Shown: in pieces, positions 21,340 through 32,000 of the stretch
How positions within the stretch are numbered: the first letter of the stretch is position 1
Layout of the letters: every line of letters starts with the position of its first letter
DNA from: an uncultured Desulfospira sp.
Lineage (GTDB): Bacteria > Desulfobacterota > Desulfobacteria > Desulfobacterales > Desulfobacteraceae
NCBI GenBank assembly: GCA_963663165.1
Contig: OY760175.1
Location: forward strand, 2,272,001 to 2,336,000
DNA: 64,000 nucleotides
Reading direction: 5' to 3'
The notes under the pieces: generated by a model
The model's database searches: none
What the model was told of the DNA's origin: nothing
What the model saw: the letters and a program-made list of their open reading frames with translations, nothing else
Made by a program: the position numbers and the translations under genes

Positions 21340-21891
21340 CTACTCAGAATAATCGGCCATCCACCATTCATCCCACCGGGTTTCAAGGATCCCCTCTTTG
21401 ATTTGCTTTCCCAAGGTCGTTTTTAAGCGGTCACACACAATGGGCAGCCATTCTTCAGGCGGTTTTGACCCCAGGTCTTTGAGCTTTTTCAATTCAAGAA
21501 TAAACGACAGCTGGTCCGCATCGTTGGCCAGCCGGGCCTCCCTGGTTTCTCCGGCATTGAACTCTTCTATGAGCATTTTGATATCTTCGCCAAAAGCGAT
21601 TTTGCCGGTTAAATGGGAAATGGCCTTGGCCTCATCGGTTTCAGAATAATTTTTCTGGACATAGTTAAAATCCCCTGTCCTGGCCTCTGCCAGGTCATGG
21701 ACCAGGGCCATGGCCAGCAGTTTTTCCCCATCCACTTCAGGGTCCAGCCGTGACATGGCAAAACAGATAAGCGCCGTGGAAAAACAATGCTCGGCAATGC
21801 TTTCCCGGCCAACGCCCAAAAAGGCGTATCCGGACCGGTTAAGGTCTTTTAATATCCTGATTTCAAACAACAGATTGGCAATCCGCTTCAT
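21340..21891 (-). CDS. HD-domain hydrolase (HDDC2/YfbR-like)
   Basis: RSGY...ESIAEH, ALVHDLAEARTGD, DADQL; ATG at 21891 with GAAGGA upstream. Confidence 0.88.
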   Translation of the reverse strand: MKRIANLLFEIRILKDLNRSGYAFLGVGRESIAEHCFSTALICFAMSRLDPEVDGEKLLAMALVHDLAEARTGDFNYVQKNYSETDEAKAISHLTGKIAFGEDIKMLIEEFNAGETREARLANDADQLSFILELKKLKDLGSKPPEEWLPIVCDRLKTTLGKQIKEGILETRWDEWWMADYSE

Positions 21892-22060
21892 TTCCTTCAA
21901 TTCTCTTTCCCAAATTTTTCTTAAGCGCAAGCTGTGTCAGCAATATGGTCAGGATATGGACCGTCCCGGCAATAATGGCAACAATTCTTGACATTTTATA
22001 AAACACTAGCTTAAATAAAGTCAAGATATACAACAGCCACGAACCGTTACGGGAGGCTTC

Positions 22061-23074
22061 ATGTTTCAATTTAAGACCGGGCTTTTTATCTTCTGCCTCA
22101 TTTTTCTGACCACTTTCCAGGCCGCAGCTTTTGAAACCGGCACACACCAGAACACCCCATCCGTTGAGTTTGACCCTGACAGCGACTCTGGGTTTTATTA
22201 TACCATTCAAAAGGGGGACACCCTCTGGGACCTGTCCCAGAAATTTTACCATTCACAATGGGACTGGCCCGGACTGTGGGAGATGAACCAAGATATCAAA
22301 AATCCCCACTGGATTTATCCGGGTAATAAAATCAGGCTGTTTTTGAAAAAAGAGACGGCCGGTTATCAAAAGGCTCCCGAGGTCCGGCCCGTCACGGATG
22401 TTGATCCGTCTTTTGTGTTTTCAGGAATGGATTATACCGGGTTTATCCGCAAAACAGCGGTACCGGCCTTAGGCACCATTACCAGAGAAAAAACCGGAAA
22501 AGAACTGATCACGGTCAAGGATACCATCTACATCAAACCATCGGGGGAAGGAAGCCTGATCCCTGGAGAAACTTACCTGGTTTTTTCCACCCGGAAAATC
22601 AACGAGACCATTAACCAGACCCGGATCAAAGGGATCAAACACCAGCTCAAGGCCAAGGTAAAAATCCTTGAACACCAGGCCAATTTTGCCACGGCTGTTG
22701 TTGTTGACGCAGACAGAGAGATCAATACCGGGGATAAGATCATGGCCCTTTACCCCCGGGAAAACCGGTTAACGGTTGAGGAATCCCCGCCCCCCATTGA
22801 TGCCAGCATGATCTGCTCTGAAGACGACACCGTGCTGCTCAACGACCAGCGGATCGCCTTTATTGACCGGGGCCGCGCCCACAATGTCAAACCGGGGCAG
22901 ATTTATGCCGTGTTCCAGGCACTAGAGCCATCCTACCGGCAAACCCGGTCCGCTTCTGAACTCGCCCCTGTCAACATCGGCAAGCTCATTGTGCTGCATA
23001 CCGAGGAAACCACCTCAACGGTGCTGATCCTGTCTTCAACAAAAGAAATCCATCCCGGGGATAAGGTGAGGTAG
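22061..23074 (+). CDS. LysM peptidoglycan-binding protein
   Basis: Signal peptide; YTIQKGDTLWDLS...WPGLWEMN..IKNPHWIYPG. Confidence 0.9.
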   Translation: MFQFKTGLFIFCLIFLTTFQAAAFETGTHQNTPSVEFDPDSDSGFYYTIQKGDTLWDLSQKFYHSQWDWPGLWEMNQDIKNPHWIYPGNKIRLFLKKETAGYQKAPEVRPVTDVDPSFVFSGMDYTGFIRKTAVPALGTITREKTGKELITVKDTIYIKPSGEGSLIPGETYLVFSTRKINETINQTRIKGIKHQLKAKVKILEHQANFATAVVVDADREINTGDKIMALYPRENRLTVEESPPPIDASMICSEDDTVLLNDQRIAFIDRGRAHNVKPGQIYAVFQALEPSYRQTRSASELAPVNIGKLIVLHTEETTSTVLILSSTKEIHPGDKVR

Positions 23075-23168
23075 GGGTTTAGACTGAAGGCTGAAGGGGT
23101 TTAGGATTGCGCATCCCTTTAGCCTAACCAGCCTCAGCCTTCAGCCTAAAAACCTTCAGCCTAATCCC
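23075..23168. terminator. Heptamer-based inverted repeat between convergent genes (likely bidirectional terminator)
   Basis: ggggtttagactgaaggctgaagg ... ccttcagcctaaaaaccttcagcctaatcccc. Confidence 0.55.
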
Positions 23169-24974
23169 CTATAATAAATCCCAGGTTACCCTTAGGATCT
23201 CCTGATACGTCGTCTGCCCTCCCAGCATTTTGCTGATGCCGTTCTGCCGAAGCAGGGTAAGTCCCTGTTCAAGGGCCTTTCTGCGCATGGCTTCCAGATC
23301 TGCTTCGCCAGAGGTCAGATGCTTTAAACTTTCCGTATAAGGCAGGATCTCATAAATTCCGGTCCGGCCTGAATACCCGGTCTGCCGGCACTTGATACAC
23401 CCTTTGCCGTGCTTGAGGGTGATTGGCCCTGTCCGGTCGATTTTCAGGCCAAGCCCTTCGAGTTCTGCGGCATCCATTTCAAAGGACTGGGCACAGTGGG
23501 GGCAGATTTTCCTGACCAGGCGCTGGGCCACCACCCCGTTCAGGGAGGAGTGGATCAAATAAGGGGGAATGCCCAGGTCCAGGAGCCTGAAAACCGTGGA
23601 AACCGAATCGTTGGTATGAAGGGTGGACAACACCAGATGGCCGGTCAAGGCGGCCTGGACAGCTGCCCGGGCCGTTTCAAGATCCCGGATCTCACCCACC
23701 ATGATAATGTCCGGGTCCTGGCGCAGAATGTTCCTGAGCACCGACCCGAATGTTACTTCAATGGCGGGCTGGACAGCGATCTGGTTAAACTCTTCATGGA
23801 TCATCTCAATGGGGTCTTCAATGGTGGTGATGTTGACCTCAGGAGATGAGAGCATCCGCAGGCTCGAGTAAAGGGTGGTGGATTTGCCGGATCCCGTAGG
23901 CCCGGTAACCAGAACAATGCCGAAGGGCAGGGAAATCAGCTGCCGGTACTTTTGAAAATCATCCCCTGAAAAGCCCAGCATTTCAAGGTCCTGGAACAGG
24001 ATATCCGGGTCCATGATCCTTAAGACCAGTTTTTCCCCAAAGGCCACGGGAATGGTGGAAACCCGGATTTCAACTTCGGTACTGTCCTTTTCCATCTTGA
24101 TGCGCCCGTCCTGGGGACGCCGTTTTTCAGCCATATCCAGGCCGGACAGGGTTTTAATCCGGCTGACCACGGCGTTGTGAAGCTTTCTGGGAAGCTTGTA
24201 TACCGTGTGCAAAACCCCGTCGATGCGCATGCGGACCAGGCAGATCTCCCGCTTGGGTTCCACATGAATATCACTGGCTTTCTGGTCAAAGGCATATGAA
24301 AACAGGTGGTTGACCGCATTGACAATATGCTGGTCCGTGGACGGCAGCTCATCGGTGGCCGTCAGGCTGACAAATTTCTCCAGGTTGCCCAGGTCCGGCC
24401 CCTTGGCGGCAAACAGGTCCTCTGCGGCGGAAATGGAATAGTGGAATCCGAAAAACTCTTTGATCAGTTTTTCCACATCTGATTTTGAACTGACAATGGG
24501 TTTAACCTTGAGCTTGGAAACCATTTCCACGTCGTGGACGGCATCCGTGTTAAAGGGATTGGGCGTGGCCACCAGCAGCTTTCCCTCCTCCACCTGAAGG
24601 GGAAGCAGCAAATGTTTTAAGGCAAAGGATTTTGAAATGGTCCCGGTGACGGTTTTCAACTCCAGCTTCAAGGGGTCAATTTTTTTGTATTCCATTTTCC
24701 AGGATGCCGCCAGGGCCCGGTATACCAGATCTTCATCAATGGTTTTTCCAGGCTGGTCCATGCGCGAAAGCTCCAGGTGGACCACCACATCAATAAAAGA
24801 AATCTCTTTCTCCGGCCGGCCGGGTTTTCCCGCCTGCTTTTTTAATATGATCTGCCGGATCTGATCTTCCCGGCGCAGAAGGTCCAGGGCCTGGCCTTTG
24901 GAGATCAGCCGGGCCCCGATCAGGGCTTTACAGATATTCTGGGGTGTTAACTGGGATTGGGATTGGGATTGCAT
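23169..24974 (-). CDS. GspE/PilB family secretion/pilus assembly ATPase
   Basis: ASDIHVEP, RPQDGR, GPTGSGKSTTLY, LRQDPDIIMVGEIRD, TGHLVLSTLHTND, Cys tetrad. Confidence 0.93.
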   Translation of the reverse strand: MQSQSQSQLTPQNICKALIGARLISKGQALDLLRREDQIRQIILKKQAGKPGRPEKEISFIDVVVHLELSRMDQPGKTIDEDLVYRALAASWKMEYKKIDPLKLELKTVTGTISKSFALKHLLLPLQVEEGKLLVATPNPFNTDAVHDVEMVSKLKVKPIVSSKSDVEKLIKEFFGFHYSISAAEDLFAAKGPDLGNLEKFVSLTATDELPSTDQHIVNAVNHLFSYAFDQKASDIHVEPKREICLVRMRIDGVLHTVYKLPRKLHNAVVSRIKTLSGLDMAEKRRPQDGRIKMEKDSTEVEIRVSTIPVAFGEKLVLRIMDPDILFQDLEMLGFSGDDFQKYRQLISLPFGIVLVTGPTGSGKSTTLYSSLRMLSSPEVNITTIEDPIEMIHEEFNQIAVQPAIEVTFGSVLRNILRQDPDIIMVGEIRDLETARAAVQAALTGHLVLSTLHTNDSVSTVFRLLDLGIPPYLIHSSLNGVVAQRLVRKICPHCAQSFEMDAAELEGLGLKIDRTGPITLKHGKGCIKCRQTGYSGRTGIYEILPYTESLKHLTSGEADLEAMRRKALEQGLTLLRQNGISKMLGGQTTYQEILRVTWDLL

Positions 24975-25195
24975 ATATTATTAACCTTTGCCTTTGCTGC
25001 ATGGGGTGGGACCGGAACTTCTCATCCAAACACGGGGTTTCGTTCAGGCACTATCTTAAAGGTAAGGACCATGGGAAAATGTACCTTCTCGGGCAAATCA
25101 TGTCAACGGCAATTCCCCCTTGACTTTCCGGTACCGGTCTGCGCAAATACAAAAATTAAAAATCGACTTTAACCCGCTGAACTTAAAGGAGACCC

Positions 25196-26071
25196 TTGAC
25201 CTATTTTAAACTGTTAATGACCGCCGTTTTCTGGGGCGGCACCTTTATTGCCGGCAAAACCATTGCCGGCCACATTGATCCCTGGTCCGCAGCCTTTATC
25301 CGGTTTGCTATTGCCTCTGTTTTCCTGGTCTTCCTGACCATCCGGATCGACGGACGACTGCCCGCTGTCCGGCCAAAACAGATCATTCATATCTGTTTGC
25401 TGGGGCTGACCGGGATCTTTGCGTACAATGTCCTGTTTTTTACGGGCCTGTCTTTTATCAACGCCAACCGGGCCTCCCTGATCATTGCCACCAATCCCAT
25501 ATTTATCAGCCTGTTTTCAGCCCTGATCTTCAAAGAATCCTTAACCCCTTTAAAAATTGCCGGCCTGTGCCTGTCCGTAACCGGGGCCATGGTGGTAATT
25601 TCCAACGGCCATCCCGGATTGCTTTTTCAAAGCGGCATCGGCAAAGGAGAACTTGCCATTTTCGGCTGTGTGGCGTCCTGGGTGACCTATTCCCTTCTGG
25701 GCAAACCCTTGATGAAAGATTTGTCGGCTGCGGCATCGGTATGCTATGCATCCATTGCCGGGACCATCTTTCTTTTTTTCCCGGCCATAGGGCATCACCT
25801 GCTTTCAAACGCACCCCATTATACCTTTTATCAATGGGGAAGTCTGTTTTACCTGGGATTTTTCGGAACGGTTCTGGGATTTTTCTGGTATTATCAGGGG
25901 ATCCGGGAGATCGGCCCCATGAAGGCCGGGGTCTTTATCAACTTTGTCCCTTTATCAGCCATTCTCCTGGCCCGGGTCATTTTAGGGGAACCGGTTACCC
26001 CGGCCATCCTTGCCGGGGGGGCACTGGTTATTTCCGGAGTTTTCCTGACCAACTTCCAGCCAAGCCACTAA
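25196..26071 (+). CDS. DMT/EamA family transporter
   Basis: Ten-TM duplicated pattern, FWGGTFIA, LIFKE, ILGE. Confidence 0.9.
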   Translation: MTYFKLLMTAVFWGGTFIAGKTIAGHIDPWSAAFIRFAIASVFLVFLTIRIDGRLPAVRPKQIIHICLLGLTGIFAYNVLFFTGLSFINANRASLIIATNPIFISLFSALIFKESLTPLKIAGLCLSVTGAMVVISNGHPGLLFQSGIGKGELAIFGCVASWVTYSLLGKPLMKDLSAAASVCYASIAGTIFLFFPAIGHHLLSNAPHYTFYQWGSLFYLGFFGTVLGFFWYYQGIREIGPMKAGVFINFVPLSAILLARVILGEPVTPAILAGGALVISGVFLTNFQPSH

Positions 26072-26168
26072 CGGATACATCTTCTTGCTCTAGCTCTTAA
26101 TCCTGCTCTTGTTCAAATTGTTTAGAGCAGGAGCAAGACAGGCATTCCTCTGCCCCGAGCTGCAATAC

Positions 26169-26217
26169 AAAAAAAATGCCGGATATGTTTAAGCTGATGC
26201 TTAAATACCCGGCACTG
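26169..26217 (-). terminator. Intrinsic terminator of the ferredoxin gene
   Basis: On the minus strand: tgccgggtatttaagc...gcttaaacatatccggca followed by a T run. Confidence 0.6.
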
Positions 26218-26251
26218 ATTTTGAAACTGTATAGAATGGTGTAAAGTTGAT

Positions 26252-26440
26252 CTAGTCTTCTTCGACGGTGATTGCACCTTCTTCACAGACTTCAACGCAG
26301 CTTTCACAGCCCATGCATTCTTCAGCATTGACGGGAACGGATTTATCGTCTTCCATCTCAAATACTTCTACAGGGCAAACGTCTACACATTCTTCACAGC
26401 CTACACATTTGGATTGATCAACAACTGGGGTAAATGCCAT
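26252..26440 (-). CDS. 2[4Fe-4S] ferredoxin
   Basis: CVGCEECVDVCP and CMGCESCVEVC; strong GGAGG RBS. Confidence 0.95.
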   Translation of the reverse strand: MAFTPVVDQSKCVGCEECVDVCPVEVFEMEDDKSVPVNAEECMGCESCVEVCEEGAITVEED

Positions 26441-26543
26441 TTTAATAACCTCCTTAAGATTAATGTTACTTGAATTGCTTTCATGCCTAAGCGGAATTCA
26501 AAGACCGCTTTTATAACACGTTATTTTTTTAAATCAAGCCTTT

Positions 26544-27533
26544 TTATGCGGTTAACTGAACCAGGCAGATGCCAAAATTTTCCTGGCCCCAGATAAACTC
26601 AGATTGACTTAAAAAATCAGTTCTTTCAGAAAAGATACCCAATTTGATGTTTATGCAGGCGCTACAGCCGTCAGCTGCGTCTTCCGGGATCTCTTCCTGA
26701 GTCCTTTTTTTATCCGCTATGGCCTTTTCCAGCACCCTGCAAAACGCATCCTGCCATTTTTGCTTAAGCGGACATTCATCTTCATGCACTTTTATGGATT
26801 CAATGTCAAGGCCATTTATTACATCCTTGGACTGCTCCAAAATATAATCAAAAACCGCCGGGCTTGTGGTTACCAAAAGCTTGGGGGCGGGGCTATTTTC
26901 AAGCAATGCCGTTTCACCGGCCGCCTTAAGCCAGGACAAAACCCGGCCCCCGGTCATATTGGCCCCGGGATCTGAAAAACCGGTGTTGCCCGGGGGCAGA
27001 GGATCGGTAACATCATCCTCCCCTCTTAATTCTGAAAAGAGGGTGTCCCGGCTCTTTTCCAGGGCCTGGAGCCCGGTATCGATACGCTCGTTTTCCCGGT
27101 CCAGGTTCCGGGCAAAGGTTAAAAAGACCAGGGGATCGGCCATGATATGGTTCTGGCTGTCCGGAGCCGGCCTGTTTTGAGCCCCCTGTCCCCGGGAAAT
27201 CCTGGCCTTGAGCTGGGACTGAATCCGGGTGGGGTCCGCATCATCACTGAAGTAAGGGCTGTCTTTAATCAACGCCTTAAGGTTTTTTTCATTTCCCCGG
27301 TGCATTCTGGCCCATTCCATAAAGGATTCAACCTGTCGGTGAACCCGGGTGACGGTTTCCTCGGAATGGTATTCAGGCAGAACCTTGCCCTGGCGGATCA
27401 AAGAATCCAGGGGCGACCCTTCAACCGGCCCCGATGAAACCGGCAGATACCGGAATACAGGAAAAACCGTTAACAGCGTTTTGAGCTGCACACTGTCAAT
27501 ATGGGAAAACGGGAAAAAAACGACATCCAACAT
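26544..27533 (-). CDS. Hypothetical protein
   Basis: 329-aa ORF filling the gap, host-like composition. Confidence 0.7.
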   Translation of the reverse strand: MLDVVFFPFSHIDSVQLKTLLTVFPVFRYLPVSSGPVEGSPLDSLIRQGKVLPEYHSEETVTRVHRQVESFMEWARMHRGNEKNLKALIKDSPYFSDDADPTRIQSQLKARISRGQGAQNRPAPDSQNHIMADPLVFLTFARNLDRENERIDTGLQALEKSRDTLFSELRGEDDVTDPLPPGNTGFSDPGANMTGGRVLSWLKAAGETALLENSPAPKLLVTTSPAVFDYILEQSKDVINGLDIESIKVHEDECPLKQKWQDAFCRVLEKAIADKKRTQEEIPEDAADGCSACINIKLGIFSERTDFLSQSEFIWGQENFGICLVQLTA

Positions 27534-27552
27534 GGTAACCCTTTGTTCTATC

Positions 27553-27601
27553 TCTTGTCTCTTGTCTCTTGTTTCTTGTTTCTTGTTTCTTGTTTCTTGC
27601 T
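27553..27601. repeat. Tandem heptamer array (TCTTGTY)x7
   Basis: tcttgtc x2, tcttgtt x4, tcttgct. Confidence 0.9.
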
Positions 27602-27767
27602 TGTTGACTTTTACAATTTAAAATGGCTTTATACAGTAATTTTAAATGACGTGCAATTTATAACGGTCACGGACCGTCTTTGGTTATCCAACCGAGCATT
27701 GGTCCACAGCAAAGTATGAAAGTCTTTTCAGGACGTTAGTGAGACTTTCATATAAAATGGAAAAAGC

Positions 27768-30023
27768 ATGCCCTGTTTATCCAGCAGTGCGAAAGGAATA
27801 TGGGCCGGTGTTCTGGCCGGTGTTTTTTTCTGGTTATTCTCACCCTGTGTCCAGGCAGGTCCTTTTATCCAGGACCCTAAAAAGGTTCCCTGGCATATTT
27901 TTGCCAAGGAGGTCAGCTATGACCGGGACCGCGAGTTATATATTGCCAAGGATGACGTCATCATTACCGGCGGCAAGACACGGCTGGAAGCCGACTATGT
28001 TGAATTTTCCAATAAAACAAAAGATGCTTTTGCCCAGGGCAACGTGGTCCTGATCTCGGGCCAGGATTCCATTTCCTGCAACGCCATGCAGATCAACCTT
28101 GTTACCGAGCAGGGACTTATCGACAAAGGCACCATTTTCATCCAGAAGAACCACCTGTACCTGAACGGGGAAAACATCAAAAAAACCGGGGAGTTTTCAT
28201 ACAGTGCCGAAAAAGGCGCCATTACCTCCTGTGACGGGAAATCACCGGACTGGAAAATTTCAGGCCGGAACATCCGGGTAACCATAGAAGGATATGGATA
28301 CGCGTCCCATGCGACGTTATGGGCCAAAAAAGTCCCGGCCCTGTATGCCCCCTTTCTGGCCTTCCCGGCCAAAACCAAACGGCAGACCGGGCTTCTGGTC
28401 CCCAATTTTTCCTACTCCGACCGGTTGGGGTTTGAATATGAACAGCCTTTGTTTATAGCCCTCTCCAGAAGTACGGATGCCACTTTGTATCTGGATTATC
28501 TCTCGGACAGGGGAATTAAAACCGCCGGGGAATTTCGATATGTCCTGGATGAAAACTCCAAAGGGACGATGATTTTAGATTATCTGAACGATGACAAGAT
28601 TGATGACGGGACAAGTGAAACTGAGGAGTATGCTTTCAGTTCAACCAGCAAGCGAACCAACAGGGACCGGTACTGGTTCAGGATGAAAAGCGACCAGGAT
28701 CTGCCGGCCGGATTCAAGGCCAAGCTGGACCTGGATATTGTCAGTGATGCGGATTACCTTCTGGAATTTAAGGACGGTTACACCGGATACCATACCATTC
28801 ATGACTATTTTGACGAAGAATTCGGACGGGATTTAGACGAGTATGATGACACCACCCGGGAAAACAGCCTGACCATATCCAAATCCTGGGACCAGTACAG
28901 CCTTACCTTCAAAACCCTCTGGTATGATAATGTGGTGGCCAGGCAGAACGATACCGATGATTATACCCTCCAAACCCTGCCCAGCGTGGAATTTGACATT
29001 TCCAAACATGCCCTGGGAGACAGCCGGTTCTACTATAGCCTGGATTCGGAGTTCAGGTCGTTTTACCGGCAGGACACCATCAGTGAAAACCGCAAACGGG
29101 TTAACGGCCAGCGGCTGGATATTTACCCCAAACTCTATTATCCCTTGACCATCTGGAAAAGTTTTTTCTTTGAACCTTATGTCGGCGCCCGGGAAACCAT
29201 TTATTATACGGATAATTATACAGATAAATCTGATGATGACGACAGCATCAGGAGTCGGGAATATTATGAACTCGGCGCACAGTTGTCCACCAAAATATCG
29301 AGAGTATTTAATCTGAACAATGGGTTTGCTGAAAAAATCCGCCATGAAATTGCCCCTTCCCTGGAATACCAGTATATCCCTTACAAGAAGCAGGATAAAC
29401 TGCCCTATTTTGATTCCCTGGACAGCATTGATGAGGAAAATGTCATCACCTGGACCATTGCCAACACCTTTACCTCCAGAAAAACGGTTCCGGGAAAAAA
29501 CGGCCAGGCCGGCCACAGTTACAAGGAACTGGCCTGGATCGAATTTTACCAAGATTATGATATCAATATTGAACAGGACCATGAAAAAGGCAACGGCAGG
29601 CCCTGGTCGGACATCCATATGGAGAGCGAGATCAACCCGATACCCTACCTGTCCCTGGATACGGATATTGACTGGTCCCCCTATACCGGCCATTTCACCA
29701 AAATATACTCCGGGGCAACCTTGAAGGACAACCGGGGGGATACCTTTACCAGCCGGTACCGGCTCAAGAAAACAGATGATGCCACGGTAACCCTGAGAAC
29801 ATGGTACACCAGATTCTACGCGCGGCTGACCCGGTCCATAGGGGCCTATCTTTCTTTTGAGCAGGACCTTAAAGAAAGAAACACCATTGAAACCATTGCC
29901 GGATTTGAACTGGATAAATCCTGCTGGGGCCTGAACCTTGAATACCAGGAATCAGACGGGGGTTCCCAAAAGGTCCTGTTTTTGATTATTCTTAAAGGCA
30001 TCGGAGAATTCGGCCAGAAATGA
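27768..30023 (+). CDS. lptD: LPS-assembly protein LptD
   Basis: N-terminal beta-jellyroll (AQGNVVL, TSCD..PDW), RQTGLLVP, aromatic-rich barrel, CWG near the C-terminus. Confidence 0.88.
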   Translation: MPCLSSSAKGIWAGVLAGVFFWLFSPCVQAGPFIQDPKKVPWHIFAKEVSYDRDRELYIAKDDVIITGGKTRLEADYVEFSNKTKDAFAQGNVVLISGQDSISCNAMQINLVTEQGLIDKGTIFIQKNHLYLNGENIKKTGEFSYSAEKGAITSCDGKSPDWKISGRNIRVTIEGYGYASHATLWAKKVPALYAPFLAFPAKTKRQTGLLVPNFSYSDRLGFEYEQPLFIALSRSTDATLYLDYLSDRGIKTAGEFRYVLDENSKGTMILDYLNDDKIDDGTSETEEYAFSSTSKRTNRDRYWFRMKSDQDLPAGFKAKLDLDIVSDADYLLEFKDGYTGYHTIHDYFDEEFGRDLDEYDDTTRENSLTISKSWDQYSLTFKTLWYDNVVARQNDTDDYTLQTLPSVEFDISKHALGDSRFYYSLDSEFRSFYRQDTISENRKRVNGQRLDIYPKLYYPLTIWKSFFFEPYVGARETIYYTDNYTDKSDDDDSIRSREYYELGAQLSTKISRVFNLNNGFAEKIRHEIAPSLEYQYIPYKKQDKLPYFDSLDSIDEENVITWTIANTFTSRKTVPGKNGQAGHSYKELAWIEFYQDYDINIEQDHEKGNGRPWSDIHMESEINPIPYLSLDTDIDWSPYTGHFTKIYSGATLKDNRGDTFTSRYRLKKTDDATVTLRTWYTRFYARLTRSIGAYLSFEQDLKERNTIETIAGFELDKSCWGLNLEYQESDGGSQKVLFLIILKGIGEFGQK

Positions 30024-30544
30024 ACGACGAGTTAAAATGGCTTGCCCTGTTGACCCGGAGCAATTTCGAGCAGACCGTCTGCGATCAGATCACCAAAAAG
30101 CGGATTGAAGTCTTCCTTCCCAAAAAAAGAAAGCCAAGCCGGCGCAAAGACAGAAAATTAATGATTGAAGTTCCGTTGTTTCCAGGGTATCTTTTTGTCA
30201 GGTCGACCATGGCACCGGCATACCAGCTCAACGTTCTGAAAACGACCGGTGCGGTCCGGTTTTTAGGGAATACCCAAGGGCCCATTCCCGTGCCTGATTT
30301 TCAGGTGGACGCCCTTAAAATCATGACCAGCACCCGCCAGGACCTGGTCACCGGCAGCATTGTTCAGCTGAAAAAAGGCGACCCGGTAATAATCCTGGAA
30401 GGCCCAATGGCCGGGCTTAAAGGAGAGTTTTCCCAATACAAGGGAAAGGGCCGGGTCATCATCAAGGTAGACCTTTTAGGCCAGTTTGCAGGCGTTGAGG
30501 TCGAATCGGACAATATTGAAAAAGTGCCAGACTTTTTATCATAA
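30020..30544 (+). CDS. Specialised NusG paralog (RfaH/UpxY/LoaP-like antiterminator)
   Basis: WLALLTRSNFE, EVPLFPGYLFV, KOW motif GDPVIILEGPMAGLKG. Confidence 0.88.
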   Translation: MNDELKWLALLTRSNFEQTVCDQITKKRIEVFLPKKRKPSRRKDRKLMIEVPLFPGYLFVRSTMAPAYQLNVLKTTGAVRFLGNTQGPIPVPDFQVDALKIMTSTRQDLVTGSIVQLKKGDPVIILEGPMAGLKGEFSQYKGKGRVIIKVDLLGQFAGVEVESDNIEKVPDFLS

Positions 30545-30622
30545 CTCCTTGACTTTTTATGATTTTTTAATTACAACCCCTTTACATTAATATTTATGGT
30601 TTTGTAAAACTACAGAGGAACT

Positions 30623-30898
30623 ATGAACAAACTTGAGCTAATTTCCACCTTAAAAGAACGGTCAAATTTAACCAAATCAGAGGCAGCAGAGGTTATCAGA
30701 ATCTTTTTTGACTCGCTTTCCGATGCATTTGTAAACGGAGAACGGGTTGAAATCAGAGGGTTTTGCAGTTTTCACATCAAAGAATACAAAAGCTATACCG
30801 GCAGAAACCCCAAAACCGGCCAGAAAGTATTGATCCCCCCGAAACGGCTCCCGTTCTTCAAATGCGGAAAAGAACTTAAAGAAAGGGTAGATTACTAA
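30623..30898 (+). CDS. Integration host factor beta / HU family protein
   Basis: MNKLELI, RVEIRGFCSF, GRNPKTG, PFFKCGKELKERV. Confidence 0.93.
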   Translation: MNKLELISTLKERSNLTKSEAAEVIRIFFDSLSDAFVNGERVEIRGFCSFHIKEYKSYTGRNPKTGQKVLIPPKRLPFFKCGKELKERVDY

Positions 30899-30924
30899 TT
30901 TTTTGGGTCTGCCTTTGCTGATGA

Positions 30925-31959
30925 ATGATGCGGGTTCCTGATCAACATACGCTCTTGCCTCCGGAATTAGACCGTATCGTTCAGACCCGGAAAATCCCCA
31001 ATGCCTTTTTGTTTACCGGCAACCCGGGAACCGGAAAAGCCCATTGTGCGTTTGAATTTGCAAAGGCAGTCAACTGCCTTGGGGGGGACGGCAAAAAGGC
31101 TTGCCTTAACTGCATCTCCTGTAAAAAGATAGAATCCGGAATGCACCCGGACATGGTCCATGTCCATCTTCTTGATAAAAAAAGAGACATCTCCATTTCG
31201 CAAATCCGGGAAATGGAGCAGCTAACCGTGGTCAGGCCCAATGAGGCCAGGTTTCGGATGGTGTTGATATCCGATGCCCCAAAAATGACGGTTCAGGCCC
31301 AGAACGCCCTGCTCAAACTGCTGGAAGAGCCTCCGGACCATACCTTTTTTATCCTTACATCACCCGGGCTTTCCGGCCTGGTGGCCACCATTATCTCCAG
31401 ATGCCGGCAGATCCGGTTTAAGTCGGCGGGAAGCCGTGAAATGGCCCGGCAGTTAGCCGATACCTATCCGGTGGCGCCTCAAAAAGCCCTCATTGCCGCC
31501 CGGACAGCCGGGGCCGACATGCAAAGGGCCTTAAGTCTCTTAAACCTAAGCACTTTTCCTGAAACCAAAGAAAAACCGGACTGGCAAAAAAGAAGAACCT
31601 GGATACTGGAACAGCTGACAAACCTGTTTTTATCGGGATTTGGTAATGGCAGATATTTGTTTTTATCTGAAAAATTAAGCCGGGAGCCTGAGCTTATCCA
31701 GGAGTGGCTGTGCATCATCCGGTCTTTCTTCAGGGATCTGTGCGTATTCTCCCTTGACCCTGAAAAAATAGCAAACCTTGATTTTTCAGAGCGGTTAACC
31801 GATATTGGTCAAACCATGGAAAAAGAAACAGGCATGAAAATGATGGATGTTTTTTTTGAAACCGAGCAGCGCTTGGGTTCCAACAGTTCCATCAGGCTGA
31901 CCCTGGACCGTTTTTTCATTAAACTATCCGTTATCTATAACGGTCAAGGTCCATCTTAA
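30925..31959 (+). CDS. holB: DNA polymerase III delta' subunit
   Basis: AFLFTGNPGTGK, CLNCISC, HPD, AQNALLKLLEEPP, TIISRC. Confidence 0.92.
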   Translation: MMRVPDQHTLLPPELDRIVQTRKIPNAFLFTGNPGTGKAHCAFEFAKAVNCLGGDGKKACLNCISCKKIESGMHPDMVHVHLLDKKRDISISQIREMEQLTVVRPNEARFRMVLISDAPKMTVQAQNALLKLLEEPPDHTFFILTSPGLSGLVATIISRCRQIRFKSAGSREMARQLADTYPVAPQKALIAARTAGADMQRALSLLNLSTFPETKEKPDWQKRRTWILEQLTNLFLSGFGNGRYLFLSEKLSREPELIQEWLCIIRSFFRDLCVFSLDPEKIANLDFSERLTDIGQTMEKETGMKMMDVFFETEQRLGSNSSIRLTLDRFFIKLSVIYNGQGPS

Positions 31960-32000
31960 TGATACCCCCATTTTAAGATGGCCCCAGAACAAAAAAACAA

